From: Caldimonas sp.
Lineage (GTDB): Bacteria; Pseudomonadota; Gammaproteobacteria; Burkholderiales; Burkholderiaceae_C
Direction: 5' to 3'
NCBI GenBank assembly: GCA_039932815.1
Contig: JBDTPG010000001.1
Coordinates: forward strand, 8,956-72,955
DNA: 64,000 nucleotides
Shown: in pieces, positions 20,369 through 30,669 of the stretch
How the letters are laid out: each line of letters starts with the position of its first letter
Numbering within the stretch: the stretch's first letter is position 1
Made by a program: the position numbers and the translations under genes
The notes under the pieces: generated by a model
Database searches by the model: none
What the model was told of the DNA's origin: nothing
What the model saw: only the letters and a program-made list of their open reading frames with translations

Positions 20369-21724
20369 ATGCGGCTGACCTTTCTGGGCGCCACGGGCAC
20401 TGTCACGGGCTCGAGAACGCTGCTCGAGCGCAACGGGCGGCGTCTGCTCGTCGACTGCGGCCTGTTCCAGGGCTTGAAGCAGCTTCGCCTGCGCAATTGG
20501 GACCCGTTCGCCGTGCCGCCGGCAGAGATCGACGCGGTCGTGGTCTCGCACGCGCACCTCGACCACAGCGGCTACCTTCCCCGCCTGGTTCGACTCGGCT
20601 TCCGCGGCACCGTCTACGCGACCGCGGCAACGCGCGACCTGTGCGCGCTGCTGCTGCCCGACTCGGCGCGCTTGCTCGAGGAGGATGCCGCCTACGCCAA
20701 TCGGCACGGCTTTTCCAGGCACCATCCCGCGCTGCCGCTGTACGAGCAGGCCGATGCGCGGGCCGCGTTGTCGCACTTCCGGTCCATGCCGTTCGACGAG
20801 GCGTTCGAGCCGATTCCCGGCGTCCGCGTCGTTCTGCGGCGTGCCGGCCATCTGCTCGGCGCGGCAAGCGTGCGGGTCGAGTGGGAAGACCGATCGTTGC
20901 TCTTCTCAGGCGACCTCGGCCGCGCCGACGACCTGCTCCTGCTGCCGCCGGTGGCGCCGGAAGCGGCGGACACCGTCGTGATCGAATCCACCTACGGGGA
21001 CCGCCTGCACCCCGCCGGCGATCCGCTCGAAGCCATCGCCCAGGTCATCAGCCGCACCGCAGCGCGCGGCGGTGTCGTCGTCGTGCCGTCGTTCGCCGTC
21101 GGCCGAGCGCAGACACTGCTGTTCGTGCTCCACGGTCTGAAGGCGCAGGGCCGCATCCCCGATCTGCCGGTGTTCCTCGACAGCCCGATGGCCGTCGACG
21201 CGACGAACCTCTTCGTCCGCCACGCCGCCCAGCACCGGCTGACGCCGGCGCAGTGCGAGACCGTGTTCGGGGTGGCCCGATTCATCAACGGCGTCGACGA
21301 GTCGAAATGGCTGGACACGCTGCGCATGCCCTCGGTGATCGTCTCGGCGAGCGGAATGGCCTCGGGCGGCCGCGTCCTGCATCACCTCAAGGCGTTCGCT
21401 CCCGATCGGCGCAACACCATCCTCTTCACCGGCTTCCAGGCGGCCGGCACGCGCGGTGCGTCGCTGGTCGCGGGAGCACCGACGGTAAAGATCCACGGCG
21501 AGCACGTGCCGGTACGTGCCGAAGTCGCGCACATCGACTCGCTCTCCGCGCATGCCGACCGCGACGGCCTGCTCGCGTGGATCGGCGCCCTGGGCAAGCC
21601 CCCGAAGGGCGTGTTCGTGACCCACGGCGAGCCGGTGCCCGCCGATTCGCTGCGCCAGGCGATCGAGGAGCGCTTCGGCTTCCCGTGCACGGTGCCGGAA
21701 TTCCGCGACACCGTCGAGCTCTGA
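20369..21724 (+). CDS. MBL-fold beta-CASP ribonuclease (Ysh1/CPSF73-like)
   Basis: LTFLGATGTVTGS, DCGLFQG, SHAHLDHSG, AGHLLGAA, FSGDLG, ESTYG, LSAHAD, THGE. Confidence 0.93.
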   Translation: MRLTFLGATGTVTGSRTLLERNGRRLLVDCGLFQGLKQLRLRNWDPFAVPPAEIDAVVVSHAHLDHSGYLPRLVRLGFRGTVYATAATRDLCALLLPDSARLLEEDAAYANRHGFSRHHPALPLYEQADARAALSHFRSMPFDEAFEPIPGVRVVLRRAGHLLGAASVRVEWEDRSLLFSGDLGRADDLLLLPPVAPEAADTVVIESTYGDRLHPAGDPLEAIAQVISRTAARGGVVVVPSFAVGRAQTLLFVLHGLKAQGRIPDLPVFLDSPMAVDATNLFVRHAAQHRLTPAQCETVFGVARFINGVDESKWLDTLRMPSVIVSASGMASGGRVLHHLKAFAPDRRNTILFTGFQAAGTRGASLVAGAPTVKIHGEHVPVRAEVAHIDSLSAHADRDGLLAWIGALGKPPKGVFVTHGEPVPADSLRQAIEERFGFPCTVPEFRDTVEL

Positions 21725-21734
21725 CGAACGTGAC

Positions 21735-24392
21735 ATGAGCGTCCGCCATCTCGATCGGCTGCTCGAGCCGCGCTCGATCGCCGTCGCCGGCGCGTCCCAG
21801 CGTGCCGGCAGCGTCGGCGCCACCGTCTGGCGCAACCTGCGCTCGAGCGGCTTCGCCGGCCCGATCTATCCGATCAATCCCAAGCACGCCGCGCTCGACG
21901 GCGTCGCCTGCCACGCCCGCCCCGCCGACCTGCCCGAGGCGCCTGACCTCGCGATCCTCTGCACGCCGCCGGCGACGGTCGCCGGCCTGATCGAGGCGTT
22001 CGGCCGGCTCGGCACCCGCGCCGCGATCGTGATGACGGCCGGCCTGGACGCAGCGCAGAAGCAGGCGATGCTCGATGCCGCCCGCCCTTACGTGCTGCGC
22101 GTGCTCGGCCCGAACTGCATCGGCCTGCTGACGCCGCGCCTCGGTCTCAACGCAAGCTTCGCGCACACCGACGCGCTCGCCGGCAATATCGCGTTCGTGT
22201 CGCAATCGGGTGCCCTGGTCACCGCGGTGCTCGACTGGGCGCGGGCGCGGCGGATCGGCTTCTCGACCATGGTCTCGGTGGGCGAGCGTGCCGACGTCGA
22301 TTTCGGCGACCTGCTCGATCACCTGGCGAGCGACGCCCAGACGCGCTCCATCCTGCTGTACATCGAGTCGATCGAGACACCTCGCAAATTCATGTCGGCG
22401 GCGCGCGCGGCGGCGCGCAACAAGCCGGTGATCGTCGTCAAGGCGGGGCGCGCGGGCCACGGCGTGCACGCCGCGGCGTCGCACACCGGCGCGCTCGCAG
22501 GCTCCGACATCGTCTTCGACGCGGCGATCCGCCGCGCCGGGATGCTGCGCGTCGACACGCTGCAGGAGCTCTTCACGGCCGCCGAGACGCTGGCGCGATT
22601 CGCCGACAACCGCGACGAGGTGATGACGATCATGACCAACGGCGGCGGCGCCGGCGTCATGGCCGCCGATGCCGCCGAGCTCGCCGGCGTGACCCTTCAC
22701 GATCTGGATGCCGGAACCGTTGCGCGGCTCGGCGCGGCCCTGCCGCCGACCTGGTCCCACGCCAACCCGATCGACATCATCGGCGACGCGCCGGTCGAGC
22801 GCTACACGGCGACGATGCAGGCGCTGCTCGCCGACCGGCAGAACGGCGCCCTCCTCTTCCTGCACGCGCCGACGGCGATCGTGCGCAGCGCCGACATCGC
22901 GCGCGCCTGCGCGCCGATCGCGCGCGCGGCCGCGGGCCGCGTGATGGCGAGCTGGCTCGGTGAGGGCGCGGTCGAAGAGGCGCGCCGCATCTTCGTCGAC
23001 GCCGGCGTGGCCGACTACGCGACCCCCGAGGAAGCGGTGCACGCGTTCGCGCTGCTCGCGACCTACCGGCGCAACCAGGCGCTGCTGCTCGAAGCGCCGA
23101 CCGCGAGCGAGCACGGTCCGCCACGCCGCGACGAGGCGCGCGCCATCGTCGACGGCGCGCTCGCGGCCGGCCGCACGCTCCTGGACGAGCGCGACGCCAA
23201 GCATCTGCTCTCGGCCTACGGCATCGCCGTCGTCGAGACCGTGGCCGTCGCGCCGAGCGCCGACGCGGCGGCCGAGGCGGGTCGCCGGCTCGGCTATCCG
23301 GTCGTCCTGAAGATCCTCTCGCCCGACATCAGCCACAAGTCCGACGTTCATGGCGTGCAGCTCGACCTGGCCGACGAGGCCGCGCTGCGCGCTGCCGCCA
23401 CGACGATGCTCGCGCGAGTCCGCGCGGCCAGGCCCGAAGCGCGGCTGGAGGGCTTCACGGTCGAGACCATGGTCCGTCGCCCGTTCGCGCAGGAGCTGAT
23501 CGTCGGCGCCAGCGTCGACCCGCTGTTCGGCCCGGTGCTGCTGTTCGGCCAGGGCGGCACCGCCGTCGAGGTGATCGCCGATCGCGCGGTGGCGCTTCCG
23601 CCGCTCAATCGCGCGCTCGCCGCCGAGCTCGTCTCGCGCACCCGCGTCGCCCGGCTGCTGGCCGGCTTCCGCGACCGGCCGCCGGCGCGGCTCGATGCGG
23701 TGCACGACACGCTGGTCGCGATCTCGCAGCTGCTCGTCGACGTCCCCGAGCTGGCCGAGCTCGACATCAATCCCCTGCTCGCCGACGCCGACGGCGTCAT
23801 TGCGCTCGATGCCCGCGTCCGGCTCGACCCCAAGGGGCCCGCGGGGGCGGCGCATTTCTCGATCGCTCCGTATCCCTCGGAGCTCGTCCAGGCCATCGAG
23901 TGGGGCGGCGAGACGATCACCGTGCGGCCGATCCGGCCCGAGGACGGGCCGCAGCATCGCGCCTTCGCGGCACAGCTCGCGCCGAACGACATCCGCCTTC
24001 GCTTCTTCTACACGCGCCGCGAGCTGCCGCAGAGCGAGCTCGCGCGGCTGACCCAGATCGACTACGACCGCGAGATGGCATTCGTCGCGGTGCGAACAGC
24101 GCCCGGCGGCGGCGAAGAGACGCTCGGCGTCGTCCGCGGCGTCTGCGACCCCGACAACGTCGAGGCCGAGTTCGCGGTGCTCGTGCGATCCGATCTCAAG
24201 GGGCGCGGCCTCGGCCACCTGCTGCTGTCGCGCCTGGTCGACTACCTCGCGTCGCGCGGCACGCGGCGCATCGTCGGCTTCGTGCTGCCGGAGAACCTGG
24301 CGATGCGCGACCTGGCACGGCGCGAAGGCTTCGTCCTCGATAGCGCCGCATCCGACGCCGACACGCAGCGATGGGTGCGCGACCTGAAGTGA
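21735..24392 (+). CDS. pat: acyl-CoA synthetase (NDP-forming)-GNAT fusion, protein lysine acetyltransferase Pat/PatZ family
   Basis: CoA-binding N-terminus (LGPNCIG, SQSGA, SHTGALAG), ATP-grasp (HKSDVHGV, ELDINPL), C-terminal GNAT (QIDYDREMAF, KGRGLG). Confidence 0.88.
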   Translation: MSVRHLDRLLEPRSIAVAGASQRAGSVGATVWRNLRSSGFAGPIYPINPKHAALDGVACHARPADLPEAPDLAILCTPPATVAGLIEAFGRLGTRAAIVMTAGLDAAQKQAMLDAARPYVLRVLGPNCIGLLTPRLGLNASFAHTDALAGNIAFVSQSGALVTAVLDWARARRIGFSTMVSVGERADVDFGDLLDHLASDAQTRSILLYIESIETPRKFMSAARAAARNKPVIVVKAGRAGHGVHAAASHTGALAGSDIVFDAAIRRAGMLRVDTLQELFTAAETLARFADNRDEVMTIMTNGGGAGVMAADAAELAGVTLHDLDAGTVARLGAALPPTWSHANPIDIIGDAPVERYTATMQALLADRQNGALLFLHAPTAIVRSADIARACAPIARAAAGRVMASWLGEGAVEEARRIFVDAGVADYATPEEAVHAFALLATYRRNQALLLEAPTASEHGPPRRDEARAIVDGALAAGRTLLDERDAKHLLSAYGIAVVETVAVAPSADAAAEAGRRLGYPVVLKILSPDISHKSDVHGVQLDLADEAALRAAATTMLARVRAARPEARLEGFTVETMVRRPFAQELIVGASVDPLFGPVLLFGQGGTAVEVIADRAVALPPLNRALAAELVSRTRVARLLAGFRDRPPARLDAVHDTLVAISQLLVDVPELAELDINPLLADADGVIALDARVRLDPKGPAGAAHFSIAPYPSELVQAIEWGGETITVRPIRPEDGPQHRAFAAQLAPNDIRLRFFYTRRELPQSELARLTQIDYDREMAFVAVRTAPGGGEETLGVVRGVCDPDNVEAEFAVLVRSDLKGRGLGHLLLSRLVDYLASRGTRRIVGFVLPENLAMRDLARREGFVLDSAASDADTQRWVRDLK

Positions 24393-24413
24393 GCGGATGC
24401 CCGACCGAAGCCG

Positions 24414-25238
24414 TCAGTGCGACATGAGCACCGGCACTGCGAGGTGGGCCAGCATCGATCGAGTCACCCCGCCGAACACCTGCTCGCGCAGACGGCTGTG
24501 GCCGTAGCAGCCCATGACGACCAGGTCGGCGCGCTCTTCGCCGGCCAACGTCACCAGGTCGGACGCGACGCGCGCCGTCGGCTCGTGAAGGTGCAGGCGC
24601 GAGGCGATGCCGTGCCGCTGCAGCCACGAATGGACGTCGAGGCCGCTGAACGGCGCCGCCGGCGCCTGCCGGGCCCACGTCGCGACATGGACGCGCGAGG
24701 CCAGGCGAAGCAGCGGCAGCGCTGCCTTGAGCGCACGTGCCGCAGGCAGCGAGCCGTTCCAGGCGACGACGACGCGATCGCCGAGGGTCTCCTGCCGGTG
24801 CGGCGACGGGACGACGATGCCCGGCGTGCCGCTCTGCAGCATCACCGACTCGATGAATCCCGCCGGCGCGGCGCCGCTGTCGTCCTGCCCCGCCGGCGCG
24901 CCGAGGACGAGCAGGTCTGCATACACCGCCTCGGCGGCGAAGCCGTGGACGAGCGAATCGCCGACGACCTCGCACCAGGCGCCATCGCCCTGGCGATCCT
25001 TGTGCAGTGCACGCAGCCGCGCGCGTTCCCGGGCGTGCGCCGCCTCCGCCCGGTCGGCGGCGCCCAGCGCCGCGCTGGCCGAGTAGGCGAAATCCGCCTG
25101 GCTCGGGTCGGGACGCACGCCGAACAGCGCGGTCACGCGCGCGCCGTGACGGTCGGCGAGCGCGTGCGCCAGCGTGAGCCGCTCGACGCTCCCCGGGGTC
25201 GCGTCGAGATGAAGGAGGATCGAGCGGATCTCGCTCAT
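24414..25238 (-). CDS. universal stress protein (tandem domain)
   Basis: RSILLHLDA...VVVAWNGSLPAARALKAALP...DLVVMGCYGHSRLREQVFGGVTR. Confidence 0.92.
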   Translation of the reverse strand: MSEIRSILLHLDATPGSVERLTLAHALADRHGARVTALFGVRPDPSQADFAYSASAALGAADRAEAAHARERARLRALHKDRQGDGAWCEVVGDSLVHGFAAEAVYADLLVLGAPAGQDDSGAAPAGFIESVMLQSGTPGIVVPSPHRQETLGDRVVVAWNGSLPAARALKAALPLLRLASRVHVATWARQAPAAPFSGLDVHSWLQRHGIASRLHLHEPTARVASDLVTLAGEERADLVVMGCYGHSRLREQVFGGVTRSMLAHLAVPVLMSH

Positions 25239-25251
25239 CGGTCCTTGCACG

Positions 25252-25674
25252 TCAGCGGACGATCAGCACCGGGACCGTGCACTTGGCCAGGACCTTGGTC
25301 GTGATCGAGCCGAGCACGACGTTGAGGACCTCGCCGCGGCCGTGCGAGCCCATCACGACCAGATCGAACTTGCCCTCTTCCGCACGGCTGGCGATCGACT
25401 CGGCGATGTGGCCGATGGTGTGCACGAACGTCGTGTCCAGTCCCTGCTGGGCGAAGAAGGCGCGGATCGGCCTCAGCACGTCCTCGGCTTCGGAGTCGTA
25501 GAACTCGCGAACCGCCTGCACGCCCACGAAGGCGGCGGCGCGATGCGGCACCGCCAGGACGCCGTGGATCACGGTGTAGGCGTGCTTTGGACCGAACCAT
25601 TCCTCGTGCGCGGCCAGGTAGGCCAGCATGCGCTTGGTGTATTCGCTGCCGTCGACGGCGATCAGGATCTTCAT
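25252..25674 (-). CDS. universal stress protein
   Basis: MKILIAVDGSEYT...DLVVMGSHGRG...LGSITTKVL; 3' end of the 939-aa track ORF. Confidence 0.92.
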   Translation of the reverse strand: MKILIAVDGSEYTKRMLAYLAAHEEWFGPKHAYTVIHGVLAVPHRAAAFVGVQAVREFYDSEAEDVLRPIRAFFAQQGLDTTFVHTIGHIAESIASRAEEGKFDLVVMGSHGRGEVLNVVLGSITTKVLAKCTVPVLIVR

Positions 25675-25725
25675 GGGACTCCTCAACGTTACGACAGGAG
25701 TGTGAATCCCGTCGAGGTCGCGGCC

Positions 25726-25739
25726 TTGACGGAAATCAA
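25726..25739. promoter_or_regulatory. FNR/FixK box between divergent usp and ccoI
   Basis: TTGAC-GGAA-ATCAA. Confidence 0.85.
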
Positions 25740-25773
25740 GAAGGGGGTCGCGGCGCCGACCGAAGATCCCGGC

Positions 25774-28092
25774 ATGGAGACGACGCTCGCGCTCGCCCCG
25801 GCCGCGCGCTTGCCGATCGACGACGACACGCGCGCCGCTGCCGTCGACGACCCTGAAACGCAAGCCGCCTTCACGACCTGGGAGAACGCGGCCGACGGCC
25901 GCCGCGTCGGCCGCTCGCACCTGCGCCTGTCGGGGCTCTGGTGCGCCGGTTGCGCCGGAACGATCGAACGCGCGCTCGCCGCCGAACCGGGCGTGCTCTC
26001 GGCCAGCGCCAGCCATGCCGCCGAGCGCGGCAGCGTCGTCTGGGATCCGGCCCTGACCCGCGTCTCGCGCCTGCTCGACGCCGTCCGCCACGCCGGCTAC
26101 GAGGCGAGCCCGGACGTCGCCGCGTCGGCGCGCGCGATGCGGACCGCCGACGAGCGCAAGGCGTTGTGGCGCCTGTTCGTCGCCGTCTTCTGCATGATGC
26201 AGGTGATGATGTACCAGGCGCCGCTCTACATGGCGGCGCCGGGCACGCTCGACGCCGGCATGCGTGCCCTCCTGCTGTGGGCCGCGTGGGTGCTGTCCAT
26301 CCCCGTCGTGGTCTTCGCGGCCGCACCGATCTTTCGCGACGCCTGGCAGGGCCTGCGCCAGCGCCGGATCGCGATGGACCTGCCGGTCTCGATCGGCATC
26401 GTCCTGACCTTCGTGGCGAGCATGGCGGCGACGTTCGCACCGAACAGCCTGCTCGGCGCCGAGCCGTACTACGACTCGCTGACGATGTTCGTCGCCTTCC
26501 TGCTCGGCGGCCGCTACGTCGCGCTGAAGATGAAGCACCGCGTCGCCGCGTCGCTGGAAGGCGCGATCGGGCGCCTGCCCGAAGCGGTTCGCGTCGTCGG
26601 CGACGACGGCCTCACGCGCGCCGTCCCCCTGCACCGGCTGCGCCACGGCGACAGGGTGCGCGTCCTCGCAGGCGAGGCATTTCCCGCCGACGGGCCGTTG
26701 ATCGAAGGCGAGACCGAAGCCGATGAAGCCGTCCTCACGGGCGAATCGCAGCCGGTGCCCAAGCGCGTCGGCGACGAGGCGATCGCCGGCAGCATCAACC
26801 TGCGCGGCGCGGTGGTCCAGCGCGCCGTCCACGTCGGCGCCGATACGCGCTACGAGGGCATCGTTCGCCTGCTGCGCGCGGCGATCACCGATCGCCCGCC
26901 GCTGCTGCGCGCCGCCGATCGCGTCGCCGGGCCGTTCCTCTGGGGCGTGCTGCTGCTTGCCGCCGGGGCGGCGGCCGCCTGGTCGTTCATCGAGCCGAGC
27001 CGGGCGCTCGCGGTCGCCGTCGCGGTGCTGATCGTGACCTGCCCCTGCGCGCTCTCGCTCGCCGCGCCGTCGGCGCTGCTCGCCGCGGCGGGAGCGCTGA
27101 TTCGCCGCGGCGTGCTGGTGCAACGCCTCGACGCGCTCGAGGCGCTCGCCGCGTTGGACACCTTGTGCTTCGACAAGACCGGCACGCTCACCGAAGCGCG
27201 GCTTGCCCTCGTCGCCGTCGAGCTGGCTCCAGCGGGATTGCGCCGAGGGCTCGACACGCAAGGGGCCATCGCGCTCGCCGGCACGCTGGCGACGACGTCG
27301 ACGCATCCGCTCGCCGCCGCGCTCGCCGCCGCGGCCGCGCCCTCGACGCCGGTGCCGCACGCCTTCGTCCGCTTCACCGAGCATTCCGGCCTCGGCATCG
27401 AGGCGATCGACGCCGACGGCCGCGCGACGCGCCTCGGCTCGGCGGCCTGGGTCGCACCGCTCGGCACCGTCGATGCGAGCGATAGCGCCGGGCCGCAGAC
27501 GTGGCTGGCCGGTCCGGACGGACCGATCGCGCGCTTCGTCTTCGGCGAGGCGTTGCGGGCCGACGCCGAAACGAGCGTGGCTCGGCTGCGCGCTGGCGGT
27601 CTGGCGATCGAGCTGCTGTCCGGCGATGCACCCGAGCGAGTCGCCACGGTGGCCAAGCGCCTCGGCATCGAGCATGCGCGCGGCGCGGCATCGCCCGCCG
27701 ACAAGCTCGCCGTCGTCGCGGCGCTGCAGCGCGAAGGCCATCGCGTCGGCATGGTCGGCGACGGCGTCAACGACGCACCGGTGCTGGCGCGCGCAGATGC
27801 CTCGTTCGCGCTCGGCGGAGGCGCCGCGCTGGCGCGCGCGCACGCCGACTTCGTGCTGCTCTCGGGGCGCCTGGGCGACGTCGCCGTCGCCCGCGAGGTC
27901 GCCCGCCGAACCCTGCGCATCGTCCGCCAGAACCTGGCCTGGGCGGTCGCCTACAACGCCGTGTGCGTGCCGCTGGCGCTGCTCGGCTGGTTTCCACCCT
28001 GGGCTGCCGGCCTGGGCATGGCGAGCAGCTCGCTGGTCGTCGTGCTCAACGCGCTGCGCGTCGATCGCCACAACCCGGGAGTCGAGACATGA
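25774..28092 (+). CDS. ccoI: cbb3-oxidase assembly Cu-translocating P1B ATPase CcoI/FixI
   Basis: GLWCAGC metal-binding domain, TGES, CPCAL, DKTGTLT, MVGDGVNDAP; next to ccoS-ccoNOQP. Confidence 0.9.
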   Translation: METTLALAPAARLPIDDDTRAAAVDDPETQAAFTTWENAADGRRVGRSHLRLSGLWCAGCAGTIERALAAEPGVLSASASHAAERGSVVWDPALTRVSRLLDAVRHAGYEASPDVAASARAMRTADERKALWRLFVAVFCMMQVMMYQAPLYMAAPGTLDAGMRALLLWAAWVLSIPVVVFAAAPIFRDAWQGLRQRRIAMDLPVSIGIVLTFVASMAATFAPNSLLGAEPYYDSLTMFVAFLLGGRYVALKMKHRVAASLEGAIGRLPEAVRVVGDDGLTRAVPLHRLRHGDRVRVLAGEAFPADGPLIEGETEADEAVLTGESQPVPKRVGDEAIAGSINLRGAVVQRAVHVGADTRYEGIVRLLRAAITDRPPLLRAADRVAGPFLWGVLLLAAGAAAAWSFIEPSRALAVAVAVLIVTCPCALSLAAPSALLAAAGALIRRGVLVQRLDALEALAALDTLCFDKTGTLTEARLALVAVELAPAGLRRGLDTQGAIALAGTLATTSTHPLAAALAAAAAPSTPVPHAFVRFTEHSGLGIEAIDADGRATRLGSAAWVAPLGTVDASDSAGPQTWLAGPDGPIARFVFGEALRADAETSVARLRAGGLAIELLSGDAPERVATVAKRLGIEHARGAASPADKLAVVAALQREGHRVGMVGDGVNDAPVLARADASFALGGGAALARAHADFVLLSGRLGDVAVAREVARRTLRIVRQNLAWAVAYNAVCVPLALLGWFPPWAAGLGMASSSLVVVLNALRVDRHNPGVET

Positions 28093-28928
28093 CCTACAAG
28101 ACCATCGTCGTCCATCTCGACGCCGGCGCGCGTTGCGCCGCCCGCGTCGATCTCGCCATCCAGCTCGCGCGCCGGTTCGGCGCGCGCCTCGTCGGCATCG
28201 CCGCGACCGGCCTGCCTGACGTGATCGTCACCATGAACAGCGCGATCCCCGATGCGCTCGAATGCGTGGCGCTCTCGGCGGCGACGCTCAGGCAGAACGC
28301 CGAGGCGGCCGCCAGCGCCTTCGATGCGCAATGCCGGAGCGCGGAGATCGTCTCCTTCGAATCGCGCGTGGTCGTCGGCGAGGCGCTCGATGCCGTCGTC
28401 CGGCACGGCCGGTGCAGCGATCTGCTGGTGCTCGGGCAGACCGATGTCGCGGCGCCCAGCGACGGCATCGCCTTCGATTTTCCGCAGCAGGTGCTGCTGC
28501 ATGCCGGGCCGCCGGCGCTTGTCGTGCCGTACACCGGCCGCTTCGCGAGCGTCGGCCAGCGCGTCCTCGTCGCCTGGAAGGACACGCGCGAGGCGGCGCA
28601 TGCGCTGCGCGACGCCCTGCCGCTGCTGCGCGGCGCCGAGAAGGTCTCGCTGATCGAGATCGGCCCGGCGGTCACCGCGAACGACCCCGACGATTCGCTG
28701 CGATCGGCCTCGGCCTGGCTCGCCTCCCACGGGGTCGCCTTCGCCGCGCATCGCGAAATCGACTTCGCGGGCGCGGGGGAGCAACTGCTCTCGCGTGCCA
28801 ACGATCTCTCCGTCGATCTGATCGTCTGCGGCGGCTACGGACACTCGCGCCTGCGCGAGTGGGTGCTCGGCGGCGTCACGCGTCACCTGCTCGGCCACAT
28901 GACCGTTCCGACTTTTTTCTCCCACTGA
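28089..28928 (+). CDS. universal stress protein (tandem domain)
   Basis: MTYKTIVVHLD...VAWKDTREAAHALRDALP...GGYGHSRLREWVLGGVTR. Confidence 0.92.
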   Translation: MTYKTIVVHLDAGARCAARVDLAIQLARRFGARLVGIAATGLPDVIVTMNSAIPDALECVALSAATLRQNAEAAASAFDAQCRSAEIVSFESRVVVGEALDAVVRHGRCSDLLVLGQTDVAAPSDGIAFDFPQQVLLHAGPPALVVPYTGRFASVGQRVLVAWKDTREAAHALRDALPLLRGAEKVSLIEIGPAVTANDPDDSLRSASAWLASHGVAFAAHREIDFAGAGEQLLSRANDLSVDLIVCGGYGHSRLREWVLGGVTRHLLGHMTVPTFFSH

Positions 28929-28947
28929 GCCGCCGAGCGCCTCCTTC

Positions 28948-29115
28948 GTGGACATCCTCTTTCTTCTGATTCCGCTCTCGGTCGTTCTCGTCTTCGCGCT
29001 GATGGCGCTGTTCGCGTGGGCGCTGCAGACGAGCCAGTTCGACGATCTGCAACAGGAAGGAAACCGGATCCTCGGCGGCGAGCCGAACTTTGACGGCGAT
29101 CAAAGGCCGAGTTGA
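28948..29115 (+). CDS. ccoS: cbb3 oxidase maturation protein CcoS/FixS
   Basis: Not in the ORF track. Manual translation from GTG 28948: MDILFLLIPLSVVLVFALMALFAWALQTSQFDDLQQEGNRIL... Confidence 0.9.
   Translation: MDILFLLIPLSVVLVFALMALFAWALQTSQFDDLQQEGNRILGGEPNFDGDQRPS
29090..29103 (+). promoter_or_regulatory. FNR/FixK box upstream of ccoN, inside ccoS
   Basis: TTGAC-GGCG-ATCAA, 59 bp before the ccoN ATG. Confidence 0.85.
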
Positions 29116-29162
29116 CGCTGCGCTCGAAACTCCTCGCGGACGATTGACGAGGAGTTCCGGAG

Positions 29163-30653
29163 ATGGATGTTGCCCTTCCCGCCCCGGCGGGGCCCGCGCC
29201 CGCGCGCCCGACAGCCATTGCGAAGAGTTCGAGCTACGAGGACGGCGCGGTGCGCCTCTTCACGCTCGCCGCGGTGTTGTGGGGCGTCGTCGGCATGACC
29301 GTGGGCGTTCTCATCGCCGCGCAGCTCACCTGGCCCGAGCTGAATTTCGGCATCCCCTGGCTCAGCTACGGACGGCTGCGCCCGCTCCACACCAATGCCG
29401 TGATCTTCGCCTTCGGCGGCTGCGCGCTGATGGCGAGCAGCCTCTACGTCGTGCAGCGCACGTCGCAGGTGGCCCTCTTCATGCCCAGGCTGGCGAACTT
29501 CGTGTTCTGGGGCTGGCAGGCGGTGATCGTCTCGGCGGCGATCTCGCTGCCGCTCGGCTACACCCGCGCCAAGGAGTACGCCGAGCTCGAGTGGCCGATC
29601 GCGATCCTGATCGCCGTCGTCTGGGTCGCCTATGCCGTCGTCTTCTTCGGCACCATCGGCATCCGCAAGGTGCGCCACATCTACGTCGCCAACTGGTTCT
29701 TCGGCTCCTTCATCATCGCCGTCGCCCTGCTCCACATCGTCAACGGCGCCGTCGTTCCGGTCGGCTGGATGAAGAGCTACTCGGTCTATGCCGGCGTGCA
29801 GGACGCGATGGTCCAGTGGTGGTACGGCCACAACGCGGTCGGCTTCTTCCTCACCGCAGGCTTTCTCGGGATGATGTATTACTTCATCCCGAAGCAGGCC
29901 GAGCGCCCGATTTACTCGTACCGGCTCTCGATCGTCCACTTCTGGGCCCTCATCTTCACGTACATGTGGGCAGGCCCGCACCACCTGCACTACACCGCGT
30001 TGCCCGACTGGGCGCAGTCGGTCGGCATGGTGTTCTCGCTGGTCCTGCTGGCGCCGAGCTGGGGCGGGATGATCAACGGGATGATGACGCTGTCGGGCGC
30101 GTGGCACAAACTGCGCGACGACCCGATCCTGAAATTCCTCGTCGTCAGCCTCTCGTTCTACGGCATGAGCACGTTCGAGGGCCCGATGATGTCGATCAAG
30201 ACCGTCAACGCGCTCTCGCACTACACCGACTGGACGATCGGCCATGTCCACTCCGGCGCGCTCGGCTGGGTCGGCCTGGTCTCGATGGGCACCCTCTACT
30301 ACATGATCCCGCGCATGTTCGGCCGCACCAAGATGTACAGCGTGCCGGCGATCGAGCTGCACTTCTGGATCGCCACGCTCGGCATCGTCCTCTACATCGC
30401 CGCGATGTGGATGGCCGGGGTCATGCAGGGCCTGATGTGGCGCGACGTCAACGCCGACGGCACGCTCGTCTACAGCTTCGTCGAGAGCGTCAAGGCGACC
30501 TTCCCCTTCTACGTGATCCGCCTCGTCGGCGGGCTGCTCTATCTCTCGGGGATGCTGGTGATGTCGTGGAACGTCGTCATGACCGTCCGCGCGGGGCGCG
30601 CCGCGCCGGTCGCGATCCCGGCCGCTGCGGCGCTCGCCGGCAGCGCCGCCTGA
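29163..30653 (+). CDS. ccoN: cytochrome c oxidase cbb3 subunit I
   Basis: [46 protein letters not shown]. Confidence 0.98.
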   Translation: MDVALPAPAGPAPARPTAIAKSSSYEDGAVRLFTLAAVLWGVVGMTVGVLIAAQLTWPELNFGIPWLSYGRLRPLHTNAVIFAFGGCALMASSLYVVQRTSQVALFMPRLANFVFWGWQAVIVSAAISLPLGYTRAKEYAELEWPIAILIAVVWVAYAVVFFGTIGIRKVRHIYVANWFFGSFIIAVALLHIVNGAVVPVGWMKSYSVYAGVQDAMVQWWYGHNAVGFFLTAGFLGMMYYFIPKQAERPIYSYRLSIVHFWALIFTYMWAGPHHLHYTALPDWAQSVGMVFSLVLLAPSWGGMINGMMTLSGAWHKLRDDPILKFLVVSLSFYGMSTFEGPMMSIKTVNALSHYTDWTIGHVHSGALGWVGLVSMGTLYYMIPRMFGRTKMYSVPAIELHFWIATLGIVLYIAAMWMAGVMQGLMWRDVNADGTLVYSFVESVKATFPFYVIRLVGGLLYLSGMLVMSWNVVMTVRAGRAAPVAIPAAAALAGSAA

Positions 30654-30669
30654 AACTTCGGAGAACGCC

